Below, piece by piece: positions 1-13,179 of a stretch of DNA of 64,000 nt. Source of the DNA: the human T2T-CHM13v2.0 reference genome, Homo sapiens; NCBI RefSeq assembly GCF_009914755.1, contig NC_060931.1, one strand, 5' to 3'. Position 1 is the stretch's first letter; the number at the start of each line of letters is the position of its first letter. The position numbers and the translations under genes were made by a program. The notes below the pieces were generated by a model, which was given only the letters and a program-made list of their open reading frames with translations, did no database searches and was not told the DNA's origin.

Positions 1-729
1 ATCCTGTGCCCACTGTTGGCTTCTTTGCAACAAAAGCCATCTGGAAAATGCCATTTATTTTAAATGAAACTCTTAGCCAGTCTTTTCCATAGGCAGTTGA
101 TCACAGGAGATAAGCAGCTCATAGGTTAAATGAGAAATCATAGAATTGTTCTATTTACGGCACCCACATTCTCTCTCTCTTGCAGCTGCCATCTAGGATT
201 TAACAGTTAATAATTACTTGTGGAGGAGAAGTTCATTTCTCATAACGGCAAAAGCCTAGTCTTATGATTAATAACAAGCTTCCTTGTTATAATGACATTG
301 GCCATTTAACATACTTAGGTATTAGGTGGATTTACATTTCTGGAAAGTTAAAGAAATTCTACTTTACTTTCTTTTGCTCTTAGAAATGACATGAATGGAT
401 GAGGAAAAGTGCTTGCTTCTTATTTAAATTTCAAATAAGAATTTCATAAAGAAGGATTAAATAGCTTTACTTATAAAATAGCTGTCTATTTTTAAATAAA
501 AATATAAATCAGATATAAAGTTTAATATAATAAACAAATCTAAAAAGTCAAATTACACTACTTTCTAACCAAATTCTCCTTTCCTTCCAACTTTCCATGT
601 ATTTACATTAATATTTTTACTTAACTCTTATAGAGCCACTTTTTCAGTTTTAGACGTATTTTATTGTCTTCCTAATACCAAAGTTAAAGTTCTAAGTCTT
701 ATATACATGTATGTACCTGCAACATGAAT

Positions 730-730
<1 letters not shown>

Positions 731-765
<35 letters not shown>
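731..765. repeat. (CA)n microsatellite, ~17 units
   Basis: Direct reading. Confidence 0.98.
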
Positions 766-767
<2 letters not shown>

Positions 768-2282
768 CATTCCCTCTACCTCCAGGGAGTTATAGCCTAT
801 GTTGTTGTTGGTAAGTCATTGGCTATGATATTATGACTGAATATTTTTCACAGCTTTGGCAAATAACATACTAGAATTACATTTCTTTTTACATGTTTTA
901 ACTTAAATAACTATGTTTTCCTTTACTTTAATTATTATTTTTTAGACTACCTGGGGAAAAAGAATGCATTTACATGTTTTCAAATAATTCAATAATTAAT
1001 TTGTGGAATTTTTCTCTGGAACCAACCATTCTTTTCTAACAGTCTTTACTGGGGACTCTCTAGATTGACTGCCCTGGTGTTCTCCTTAATATTCCCTTCA
1101 CCATTGTCCTGGGCAGCCCATCATCCTCTCCTGTGTTCCATGTCTTCTTTCTAGATGTGATTTATTTCTCTCCTTGCTTACTCCTGTGGGTGGCTGGGAT
1201 AGGGAGAGGAAGGATAGGCATTCTTCAGTAGCTCACAAGATGTAATTTTTTAGATATCTATATAGGTTTGCAAATGTTTTCTTTCCATATAAAGTTAATA
1301 TGGTAATTGATTTCTTTATAAGAAGTAATTTCCCCTCATTATTTTAACGACTTCATTCACTCCATTGTCTTCTGGCTTCCAGTATTTCTATTGAAAAGCC
1401 TGATATCAATCAAATTAGTAATACTCTCTATAGGATTTTAGGATTTTGTCCCTTTTCTAGAAGGTTTTGGATTTTTTTTAATTCCTTGTGTTCTGAAATT
1501 CCATACTGCTATGCTGTAACACAAGTGGTGTTTTGTTTCATTTTGTTTTTCTTGTTTTTTCATGAAAATAATAAAAAGATATGTAAGTTATAGCATCTTA
1601 TTCTCAGGCCAATACTTCAGGTGCATTTGCTCTGTAAACCCTCACCACTCATCCTTCAGCCTCTCAGGGGGTCATCCCTCTGGGATGCCTTAGTATCCTC
1701 CTAAAATCCCATTCATCAGAATACAGCTTGCATGTCATGATGGACGTATAGTTCCCTTCCACACTCCTTCATGTTTCTTGTCTCTCTGTATCTCATGTCC
1801 TCACCAGATAAAACACAGTTCACAGTGACACAGTTCATCTTGTTGTGCTGTAATTCACCACCCTCCAATGGCTACTCCATGCAGCCCAGCCGTCCTGTTT
1901 CATTCTTCCTAGAGAAGACATTTTCTTTTCCTCTGTCCTTAAATGCTTTGGTAGGATCCTTCTCATGTTATTTATACTGAACCTCGTGGATTCTGTCCAT
2001 CTATACACACATATTTTTCTGTTCTGATTTATTTTCTTCTATAATTTCTTAGACAACTCCCCTCTTACTGTTTTCATTTCCCTTCTCCCAGCACTCCCAT
2101 TATTTGGATATTCAATCTCCTGAAGTGATTCTTTCTCATATCTTCACTCTTCGTCTTCTCATTGTCTTCTTTATTTTCTAATTTTAGGAGACTTCCTTAG
2201 CTCTATCTTTTTCTACTAAATTTTAAATTACTCTGCTGTAATTTTAATTTTCAATCTCTCCTTTTGTGTTTTATGAATTGAC

Positions 2283-2294
2283 ATAGATAGATAA

Positions 2295-2344
<50 letters not shown>
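2283..2344. repeat. (GATA)n tetranucleotide STR, ~15 units with one interruption
   Basis: Direct reading: atagatagataaatagatagatag... Confidence 0.97.
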
Positions 2345-3445
2345 TTAGAAGCCTCTTGTGTCGTAGATGAAGTATCTAATCAATAAATTTAGTATTTTGT
2401 TCTTTGTTTTTTTCAGTTTCATCTAATTTTCTGTTTCCTCTGGAATGCTTTTTGTTCTCATTTTTTGTTTTGGCCCCTTCCTATCTTTATGTTAGAAATG
2501 TTTCCTAATATCTTGTAATCACTGCACATTCTCGGATATTAATTAAAGAATTGCTAAGAAACATGCATACATAAAATGAGTGCATGTTTGCACTGGTCAA
2601 AGGTTGGTTTTCACAATGGTGTAGTTAGGCAAAGACAATGTTGTTTTGTTGAGGGAAATCCAAATTATTAGTGTGTTTTGAGTATTTTCTTCTGTGACAA
2701 TTAAGTACCCCTGAGTAGAAACTTCTGCTCTATTTCCTGACAGCTGTATTCCTGGCTTCCACTATCCCCAGAAGCAATCAGGAAGGTTAAAGTTGTCGTC
2801 ATTTTACATGCAGATGTTCACCTCTTTCCCTAATTTTTTCTTGTGTTGGTGTGTCAAAGCCCAGAAGTTTTAAAATTTAAATTCCCAAGAAAGTCACGTC
2901 CCCTTTTTCTGCCAGTGTGGGAAAAGAGAGGCTACGTGGCTGCTGATGGCTTGAAAAGGAGCCTAATATTCCCTCTTAAAGACAACCTTCCCTCTGTAAG
3001 GGCTGGTCAGCACCCTGAACCTGCACCTGGGACATCCAGTTCGGAAGTCTCGCTAAACTTCTGCAAGAGGAACCAGCTCACTTCCTACTTCCTTTCCCTG
3101 TAACTTTTCCTTAGTTTTCCAAGAGAGATTTGTATCATCCATCTAGTTTACTGTCCCCTAAGGACTGTAGTCTTCTTCATATGCATTTCTTTTCCCTGAG
3201 GACTAACCCCTTGTTGCTTTCAGTAGAGATCTGAGGAAAAACAGACATAAACATATGATGCTTTCGAGCTACTATGTTTAACCACAGACATATAGGTTCA
3301 TAAATCCTCTCATTTTATTTATGAAGTAAAATTGGTTACTGGCCCTCAACCAGCATTGAGCTGGCCCATAAAGTTTAACTGGCTCTGCCTGTGACAATTA
3401 GAACCAAGATGCTCAAGTACCAAGCTGGCCCTTCCATTGTGCAGC

Positions 3446-3560
3446 AATGGTTCTCAGTGTATGGTCCCAAGACGCATTAAATCAGACACTGCAAAGATAG
3501 ATGCAGCACTCTGTATTGTGTCAAGCCCTCTGGCTGGCTCAGATGCCCACCCCAGGAACT
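3446..3560. mobile_element. MER5-like hAT-Charlie MITE fragment
   Basis: TIR-like 'caatggttctca...tggtccc' and 'aaatcagacact...ctgtattgtgtcaagccctc' resemble MER5A/B. Confidence 0.5.
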
Positions 3561-6500
3561 ATAATGTCTTCTTGCACTCATTGGGCCACAAATTCCCATA
3601 GACATGTATAGATTTTGCTGATATATACTTTTCTAACTCATTGTTAATATTGGATTTGTGTTGATAAATGGGTTGTATATCTCCATACCTCTATACTTTT
3701 AAGTACCCAAAGTTTTTTGAAATATGTGAGATATTTTATCCCTTTTTAAAAATATTTTTCATTTACTTTCCCTAATGAGCAAATGTTGGTCACCTGTACC
3801 ACAGCTCCTGAACCACTGCTAGGTTATTTTCTGTGAGTGTCCCTTATAATTATTCCCAAGTCTTTTGGAGTCTTCTCATTTGGCCAATTTTACCAAAATT
3901 TCTCATGTGACAGCTTGTCAGGTCTCTTATCAAGCGATTTAAATAACCATATTTACTTAGAATTTTGAGTCTCACGTTGTGGGATATAAGTTACATGTAG
4001 ATAAACACTTTTTAAGGATTGTTGTTGTAATTCTCATAGCAAAAACGGATTATATTTTTACATTTATTCACTACTGAAAAAAGAAAGTGTTAGTTCTATG
4101 TTGCAAACACTGAACTAGATGTTGAGTTTTAAATTAGAAAATGTAGAGAAGATAAATTATTGTTAAATAGGCACATAAGGCTTGTTTAAAAATGTAATGT
4201 GACTGCCACAGGTATTTAGTATGGTCATCGTATTATGTTGACTTTTTTTTATTCTTCAGGGAAGAAAATGACATTATTTAAATCTGTACTATTTCCACAA
4301 AGTTGTTGGTTGTTTCACTGATTTAATGTCGTGTCCCAAATAGCCAATGCTGAAGCATAGATTGACTCAGGAGGTCAGAAAGATATGCTTTTTTTTTTTT
4401 CCTAAACATCATTCTGAACTTAGCCTGAGAACAAATACAGCAAAATGAAAGTAAAATTATGCTTTTAGGGACTTTTTATTAATGCTTTTCAAAGGTACTG
4501 CATAATCATTCATTATCACTCATGGGTCAAAGAGAATTAGGATCTGTTTATTTCATTAGAATTTTACTATCCCAGAGAAATAGTAAAAATGCCCTTAAGA
4601 GAATAAAAAATAACTCCAAAGTAGATGAAACATGAAGTAAACAATCAGGTAGAGATGTTGTTGGAGGTAATGTCATCCTACAGGATAAAAGCAATACTAG
4701 TGGGATGTTCTGATGCCAGTAATAATAGAAGTTACTGAGCAAACCTAAAGAACAATGGAACAAACATATGCAGATAAACTTATAGTTTCTACACTTAGGG
4801 GATATCTTCCAAAGTTAGATTAATAGAAACAACTAGATTTTTACATTAAAAAATATTAGCTTCTCTTTTGTTTGGTCATTTTTCTTTCTTACACACAGGG
4901 TCCTAGTGAAAGACAATAATGCTATAAAACCTATTTTATAGCACAAAGAGATGACTGTATGTCATCGACCATATTTTACAGCATGTGTCAACCAAAGCTA
5001 TTGCTGGGTTCACTTTATATTTCTTATGGAACATACTTTAAAATTAAAAAAAAAGACCGTTAGCATAAAGCAATCTCAGAGAGCCAAGCAAGCATATTTG
5101 CTATATTTAAAAAGCAAACTGCATTGTACATGAGGGTACAGTGTAGTTCTCTCTGGCGAAACATATTTACTCTGTTTTCCCTTCGTAGGTAATCCTAGGT
5201 TAGTAATGGTTTTGAGAGAATTTAATAACCTTGGCAAGCACCCTCAAGAGTTGGGAGATATTAAACTTGAAATGGATTATAAGGTCTGCTGTTTTTATAA
5301 TATTATTACTTACCTGATAGCTGAAGCAGCTTTTTGACTGGCAGTATAGTTCTACATGCCTATTGCTCTTGTATTTGGAATAATGGAATCACTTGAATAA
5401 TTAAATAAAAATGCTTGAAAATTTTCTATACAATTTAAAGAGAAATTCCAGCTCCTAGGGAAGTAATAATCATCTAGATAAGCATATTGCATTGTGCATA
5501 TTGTAAAACATCTCAAGTGACTTAGAGGATCTACCTAAAAAAATGCTAAAAGAAAAAAATACATATATGATTTAATAGTCTGTGAGCTAAGTGAGCATAT
5601 TTTATTTCTAGGCCTGATTGTGCCATTAACTAGCTGCATAACATAAAATGTTATTTTTATAAAGAGGAATATTTACCTGGTGCGTGTGCTCTGGCACTAG
5701 ACCATGGAATCAGTCATGACCAGCTAATCTCCAGCACTGGTAATATTTTGTTTCACCTTAGTCACCATCTATGAGAGCCGTATTCTTTATCTTCCCTCCC
5801 TTCAAAAAGCAGTCAGGATGCTGGCAGGAATCAGATGGCATACTCAAATGGGAGATGAGAGAGGAGCTTAATCCTCTGATTGTTTACCAAGGTGTGGCAG
5901 GCTGTAGGGAAATCCTGAGAGAACTTGCAGGCTGGATTCTGAGCTTCTCTGGATGATCACCACCCCAGGTCTGAGGCAGAGGCAAAGGCAGTCCTTATTA
6001 GAGGGCAGTGGCAATGAAAGAGGTGGGGAGAACGGGAGCAAGAGAGAGAAAGAGAAGGGAGAAAAGGTGTGGGAATGAGTACTGCAATCCATTTGCCTTT
6101 CTTTCCAAATACCTAAATGTGAAGCAAAAATCAAAGGTGCTCCCCACATAGGTCTTCCTGCCAATTGTAAAAAGGAAAGACAACTACCTCTTGTCAATTG
6201 AAACTTGTATGAGATTTGACTTGTCACACTCCAACTTCTCATAATGGTTCTTTCACCTTCGATTCAACTACAGCATGGCAAAATCTTTTCGTATCTTGGA
6301 GTTCAGATACTTAGAAGTGGTAATATGATATGACTTTTTAATGACAAGGCATAGCTTGTAAAGATTGACTGCTATTGGAAAACAGGTCAATTTTTCATTC
6401 CATGAGCTTTCTTATAAGACATAGCTTATATGAAAGCAGGATAGGGCTTTAACTTTCTGTAGAAATAACTGCACGTGGGGATAGCAACGTGAAATCCAGT

Positions 6501-6724
6501 GTTCAAGAGCAAAACATTCTATTATTCTTCTATTTATCATATTTTGTTTTAAGGTTGTCTATTGTGAAAGGAGTAGGTAAAACAAAGAGAAACTGTCATG
6601 AAAGTGGCAGAGTTAAGGGAAAACATTAAAAGTCGCTTGGGGGAAAATGTGTCACCTATTTCTTGAACTTCAGGAAGACAGTTTTCAAAAAGTTTTAGAA
6701 AACAAAGGCAATGTTATGATTTAA

Positions 6725-7150
<426 letters not shown>

Positions 7151-7599
7151 AAAGAAGCATTTATTTTAAAGGGCCTAGCAAAAAGATTAAAAGAAATACA
7201 GGCAATCAAGAATGGGAAGAAAGTATTTGCATTCTTAAAAATACAATATACAAGAATAAATTGTAAAATTAAAATTGAGGATTGCAACAAGGGCCAAAGA
7301 CACCAGAATATAGCTTCCTAGTTAAGTTCAGTGCAAAGCACAAAATGAATGAAGTCAGAGCAAACATGGTCAATAGGGAGAAGAGGTCATCCAAAAGGAA
7401 GTCAAAACCTTAAGTGAGATAAATTACATTCCCAGTAAGATGAATGAATTCTTATTGATAAAAACTGAGGATTGTTGAGCTGTAGGAATTTTGCAAAGGA
7501 AAGAAAAAGTATTGATTTTAAAATTTTGAAATGAATGTCTTCAATCATATGATTTTATAAAAATTTACCTATTAAATCTAGTATAGAAGGTAATTGTTT

Positions 7600-7893
7600 T
7601 GATTTCAATTTTTGACTATGTAAATAATGTTACTATGAATTTCATTGACATGACTCTTACTATGCAAACATGTTGGGTACAAAACTAGGAGTGAAATTTC
7701 TGGCTAATAGTTACATTTATATTTAACTTTATAATGTAAACTAATTCCCCAATTAATGGTCCCTCCAGCAGTGCATGAGGTTGTTCCACAGTATTCCTAG
7801 CACTCAATATCACTAATAAACAAGAAATACACACTAAAATAAAAATACAATGAGATACCATACAAAGCCTTCAGATGCCATCCGAATGGCAAT
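7600..7893 (-). mobile_element. Old L1 (L1ME-type) fragment; the last ~90 bp is inverted
   Basis: Antisense L1 motifs 'taggagtgaaatttctggctaatag' and 'ccctccagcagtgcatgagg', followed by sense motif 'acaatgagatacca'. Confidence 0.65.
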
Positions 7894-7904
7894 ACTTTTC
7901 TCAC

Positions 7905-9755
7905 CAGATCTGATAAACAAATTCAGTAAATTCTGAGGTAACAAAGTCAATATACACAAATAAATAGCACTGCTATACACCAACAATGGTCAAGCTGACA
8001 AACAAATGAAGAACTCAATCTCTTTTACAACAGTTGCAAAAACATTAAAATACCAAAGAATATACTTAATGAAGGAGTTTAAAGATCTCTACAAGAAAAA
8101 CTAAAAGACACTGCTGAAAAAAATCATAGATGACACAAACAAATGGAAACACATTCCATGCTCATGGATAGAAGGAATCAATATTGTGAAAATGACCATA
8201 CTACCCAAAATAATCTACAGATTCAATGCAATTCCCATGAAAAACTATTATTATTTTTCATAGAACCAGAAAAAATAATCCTAAAAGTCACATGGAAGCA
8301 AAAAGAGCTCACATAGTCAAAGCAATTGTAAGCAAAAAGAACATATCTAAGGCATCACATTACCTGACTACAAATTATACAAGGCTATAATTATCAAAAC
8401 AGTGTAGTACTGATATAAAACTGGACACTTAGACCAATGGAACAAAATAGAGAATCCAGAAACAAAGCCAAATGTTTACAGCAGACTGGTATTTGACAAA
8501 GCATGCGGAAACATAAATTAGGCAAACAACATCATATTCAATAAATGGTGCTGGGAAAACTGCCAAGCCACCTGTAGAAGAATAAAATTGGATCCCCAAT
8601 CCTCACCTTATATAACAGTCAACTTAAGATGGATCAAAAACTTAAATCTAATACCTGAAACCATAAAAATTCTAGAAGATAACATTGGGAGAACTCTTCT
8701 GGATATTGGCTTAGTCAAAGAATTCATAACTAAGACCCCAAAAGCAAATGCAACAAAAACACAAATAAATAAATGAGACCTAATTAAACTAAAAAAGGTT
8801 CTGCACAGCAAAAGTAATAATCAGCAGAGTAAACAGACAATCTACAAAATGGGAGAAGATACTTGCAAACTACCTATGCAACAAAGAACTAGTATCCAGA
8901 ATCTACAAACAAACGGAAACAAGACATCAAGAAAAAAATGATTCCTTCAAAAAGTGGACAAAGGACATGAATAGACATTTCAACAAAGAAGATATACAAA
9001 TGGCTAACAAATATTTGAAAAAATCCTCAACATTACTGATCATCAGGGAAATGCAAATTAAAACCACAATGAGATACCACCTTACTCCTGCAAGAATGGC
9101 CATAATTTAAAAGTCAAAAAATAATAACTGTTGGCATGGATGTAGTGAAAAGGGAACATTTTTACACTGCTGGTAGGAATGTAAATTAGTACATCTTCTA
9201 TTCAAGACAGTATGGAGATTCCTTTAAAAAGTAAAAGTAGATTTACCATTTGATCTAGCAATCCTACTACTAGGTAACTACCCAAGGGAAAATAAGTCTT
9301 TATAAGAAAAAGACACATGAACACGTTTACAGCAGCACAACTCACAGTTACAAAAACATGTGCCCATCCACCAATGAATGGATAAAGAAAATGTGATATA
9401 TATACACCATGGAATACTACTCAGCAATAATGTCTTTTGCAGCAACTTGGATGGAGCTGGAGGCCATTATTCTATGTGAAGTAACTCGAATGGAAAATGA
9501 AATACCATACGTTCTCATTTATAAGTGGGAGCTAAGATATGAGGATGCAAAGGCATACAGAATGATATAATGGACTTTGGGGACCCAAGGTAGGGGGACA
9601 GTGGGAGTGGGGTGAGGGAAAAAGGACTCTGTATTTGGTAGAGTGTACACTTCTCAGATGACATGTGCACTAAAATCTCGGAATTCTCTACTATAGAATT
9701 CATCCATGTAACCAAAACCACTTGTATGCCCAAAGCAATTGAAATTTTAAAAAAT
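7905..9755 (+). mobile_element. L1PB2-like, 5'-truncated (ORF2 C-terminal part plus 3'UTR)
   Basis: ORF 8588-8776 '[31 protein letters not shown]' is ORF2p-like; 3'UTR 'gcactaaaatctcggaattctctactatagaattcatccatgtaaccaaaaccacttgta' is typical of L1PB2. Confidence 0.9.
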
Positions 9756-9805
9756 TAATTAAACAAGAAATGAATAAAATTCTTCATTGTAAAAGACTCC
9801 AATTT

Positions 9806-10102
9806 GGCTGGGCGCAGTGGCTCACGCCTGTAATCCCAGCACTTTGGGAGGCTGAGGCAGGTGGATCACGAGGTCAGGAGATCGAGACCAGCCTGGCTAA
9901 CATGGTGAAACCCCATCTCTACTAAAAATACAAAAAATTCGCCAGGTGCAGTGGTGGGTGCCTGTAGTCCAAGCTACTCGGGAGGCTGAGGCAGGAGAAT
10001 GCGTGAACCCAGGAGGTGGAGTTTGCAGTGAGCCAAGATCACGCCACTGCACTCCAGCCTGGGCAATAGAGAGAGACTCCATCTCAAAAAAATAAATAAA
10101 TA
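9806..10102 (+). mobile_element. AluY/Sc-like, full length
   Basis: Dimeric Alu; TSD aaaagactccaattt on both sides. Confidence 0.95.
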
Positions 10103-10129
10103 AAAAGACTCCAATTTATTTGTCGTTTA

Positions 10130-10344
10130 TATTTTGTGGTAATATATTTTCTAAAAATTTTATTATTTTGTCTTTCACCTTTAAATTTTAATGCATTTAT
10201 AACAATTTTAAAACATAGAATGAAGGATGGATTAAGATTAATTTTTTCCTATGGATATCCAATTGACGCTAAAATTTTTACTGAAAAGCTATTTATTTTT
10301 ATTCTGCAGAGCTACCTCTTCCCATATCAAGGGTCTACATATAG

Positions 10345-10397
<53 letters not shown>

Positions 10398-10500
10398 GGA
10401 ATCTATTTCAGAGTTCTATATCTCTTAAATTGTCCTACTTATCCACATTTATATAACTTTAACTACTCAGTTATCTTTTGTAATAAGTCTTGATGCTGTT
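10130..10500 (-). mobile_element. L1ME-type ORF2 fragment containing a (TG)n(TA)n microsatellite at 10345-10397
   Basis: 'ttttgtctttcacctttaaatttta', 'atggatatccaattgac', 'taataagtcttgat' are antisense L1ME motifs. Confidence 0.6.
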
Positions 10501-10739
10501 TAAGAAATGAACAATAATTATGTAGTCAAAAGATATAGGAACAATATTATAAATATATTTCTGGTAGTAAATACAAATTATTTTTTAGTATTTTGTGATA
10601 TTTGTCTCATTAACTTTTAAAAATATAATTTACTTTGATTACTTATTCTAAATATATATTCTTTTTTCTTAATAATTTTTGTATCTTGTGCATTTAAAAC
10701 AAATTTTGTTGGTTTTAAAAACTTATTAGGTTGATTATT

Positions 10740-11700
10740 GAAACTTAGTTCTAATTTTCCCTCAGAATTTTAAAAGCATTGTCTTTTGATTGATATCTTT
10801 TTTATTTGAATTTTTATGAAGTAAACCATATCTAATCCTGTTCTATCTCTTCCACATTTGGTTCATTTTATGAGTCTCTTTTTTTTTTTATTATCATAGT
10901 ATATCTGTAGTTTCAGAAGGATCTTTCTAAACATGGATCGTTTTTATTAATCAGTGTGGTATACCATGGGCCTTTTCAACTTCGCCTCAGGAAGACATTC
11001 TTGTGCATTTACTGGATTATCTCCTTTTTCTCCTCAGTTTTCTGTGTCTCCTCCTTACATGGACATGAAACATCTGGAATCAATTCTTCATGGCCATTAT
11101 CTTTTCTCCTCTATTATTTTTGATCTCCTTGTTCTTCAAATCTGTTATTAGAGATTTACTTGACTTTTACTATCAAAGTACTGGCTTGACTATTAGCCTC
11201 ATGTAACCAATACATTATCTTTTTCTTTGGTTTCTTCATGTTTCTTTTAAGAAAGGAGGTTTTCCCAATTCTTTCTGTTAGATTGCTCTTTTTTTTAACC
11301 AAAAGAAAAAAAAATCAATGTTTCTCCACCAGCACAATAGACATTTGGGGGTCACGCTTTGCTGTTGGGGACTATCTTGTGCACTACAGATGTTTAGGTG
11401 TATCCCTGGCTTCTACCAACTGAAGGCCCAGAGGAAAGAATGTTCCCAAGTGTTGCCAAATGGCTGCTGGGTGTGGTGGAAGGGGTGAACAACCCCTGCG
11501 TCCCCCAGGTTGGGATCCACTGCTCTGGATGTCTTACACAACTGAGTATTTTAGGTTATTAATTGAAATATGTTTAAAACTCTCTTAGGATGCTAACTAT
11601 CTTTGTGTCCTCTAGGGTCTGTTGGTCCTGTCTTGAGGCTCTTAAGTTTCCTTTTCTGTCTACTGATTCTTAACTGTTGATTCATACTTGTGAATGAATA
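10740..11700 (-). mobile_element. HAL1/L1ME ORF1-region fragment
   Basis: 'taattttccctcagaattttaaaagcattg' and downstream motifs resemble the HAL1 copy at 1-3 kb. Confidence 0.5.
11316..11522. mobile_element. MER20 (hAT-Charlie MITE)
   Basis: 'gacatttgggg...gactatcttgtgcactacagatgtttagg...tccctggcttctacc...ttgccaaatg...caggttgggatccactg'. Confidence 0.85.
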
Positions 11701-12409
11701 CTGGAGGGAGCTGCACAGGTTATTTCCGTAATGGGGCAATCCTGTCTCCCAACAGTGCATTTTAAAAAAAGGAGAGCCACTCTAGATTCAAAAAAGTTTG
11801 TCTGTCTTAAGCAAGGCAGCCTTTGTTTGATTGATTTTACCCTTTCTGTCTAACGGGGCTGGCCTGACCTGACTCTCTACTCTGGATCCCTGGGGACCTC
11901 GCTTCACTAGGCTGGCCACCCACCTCTGATGTTCACAGATTCTCCTGGAGGAAGCTCAGACAGTGGGGATGAAGCAGAAAAGGAAAAATGAAACAATGTT
12001 ATGGGCCCAACCATTGTGATCATGTTTGTATACAATACAGAAAAAAAGGTCTTTCTGATTGCCCTCTCCTGTTTTTCACATTTGCTCCTTGTGGGCTTGG
12101 AGCACTCACTTCAGGATTTGGGGCTCTGTTTTTTATCTTCCCTTTTCAATTTGATTCTATTTTGTATTTGTGAAGATTTTCTCAGAGGCTGTGGCTGTCT
12201 GTATACAACTTTTCTTATGCACCGCTTCTATTTACCATCCCTGTACAGTCAACAATAAAGTCAACAGAAGGCTTGCAACACATTTAGAAAAACAGCAAGA
12301 GGGAGATATATACAAGTAAGAGCTGTGACCACACAGGGAGTGCTTGGGGTGGTTCGGGGCCCTGACCTTGCTGCTCCATAATGAATGACTCATTTCATCT
12401 TCTCTGCAA

Positions 12410-12500
12410 TAATAGAAATGGGGAAACTGAGACTCAAAGGTCGAGAAAGTTCACAGGGTTGACATGACCCGTAACTGGCAGAAAGGTAATTTGAAGACTC
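12410..12500 (-). mobile_element. MIR core fragment
   Basis: 'atggggaaactgagactcaaagg...gtaactggcagaaaggtaatttgaa'. Confidence 0.55.
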
Positions 12501-13179
12501 ATTAATACCATCCTAAAGCTATGCCAAAAAGCTCAATGCCACTCTGACTTGGCTGTTTGTGTACTAGAAAAATTTGTATTGCTTAGTATTCAGGATACCA
12601 AGGAGACGTTGTGATCTTGTTAGGCAGAATAACTGCTTATCTCACCTAAATCTAATTATTTTCAAAAGAAATGTAGGAGGTAAGGTTTCTCCTCCATAAT
12701 TCAGCTGCTGTTTGCATTGGGGTTTACATCTTTTTCCACTAAACAACTTTAGACAGACAAGTCACAGCTTGGGAGCATTCCTCTTAGCCTTTATTTTCAA
12801 GGTGATTTGCATATAGTTTACATAAATCTGCATAATTGCCATCTTTGAGAGTCCAGAAATGGATTTCTCTAATCAGGAAGCAATTCTCACGATCTCTCTG
12901 TTAGTGGCTCCAGGTAAACGTGTACCCTCTGTGAAATCACTTTTGAAAAGAAAAACACATTATTTTGATAATTTTAAGCAATGAGCTACAATATGAACGT
13001 CTTCATGATGGAGTCAGTGAGATTCCAGGCTAATGTGCTATTGGAATAATCTGCCTTCCCTCTCTCCCTCTCTCACTTTCCGTGGGAACTATCCATTATC
13101 CAAAACTGGAACTCCTTGATCCTCACCTGTGTGCTTCCATCCTAGGCTTTGGCCCAAAATGAGGGGACATCTAAAATAC

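Larger units (their letters stand above)
600..3290 (-). mobile_element. HAL1 (half-L1) fragment, interrupted by a ~450-bp insert and a GATA STR
   Basis: Collinear matches to recalled HAL1 antisense blocks: 'attcccttcaccattgtcctggg', 'tccattgtcttctggcttccagtatttctattgaaaagcctgat', 'ccttgtgttctgaaattcca', 'gggaaatccaaattattagtg', ending near 'atgtttaaccacagac'. Boundaries approximate. Confidence 0.7.

Noticed and set aside
5990-6080. Purine-rich tract as G4/H-DNA
   Set aside because: G-runs are widely and irregularly spaced with no clean mirror repeat; not distinguishable from low-complexity background.
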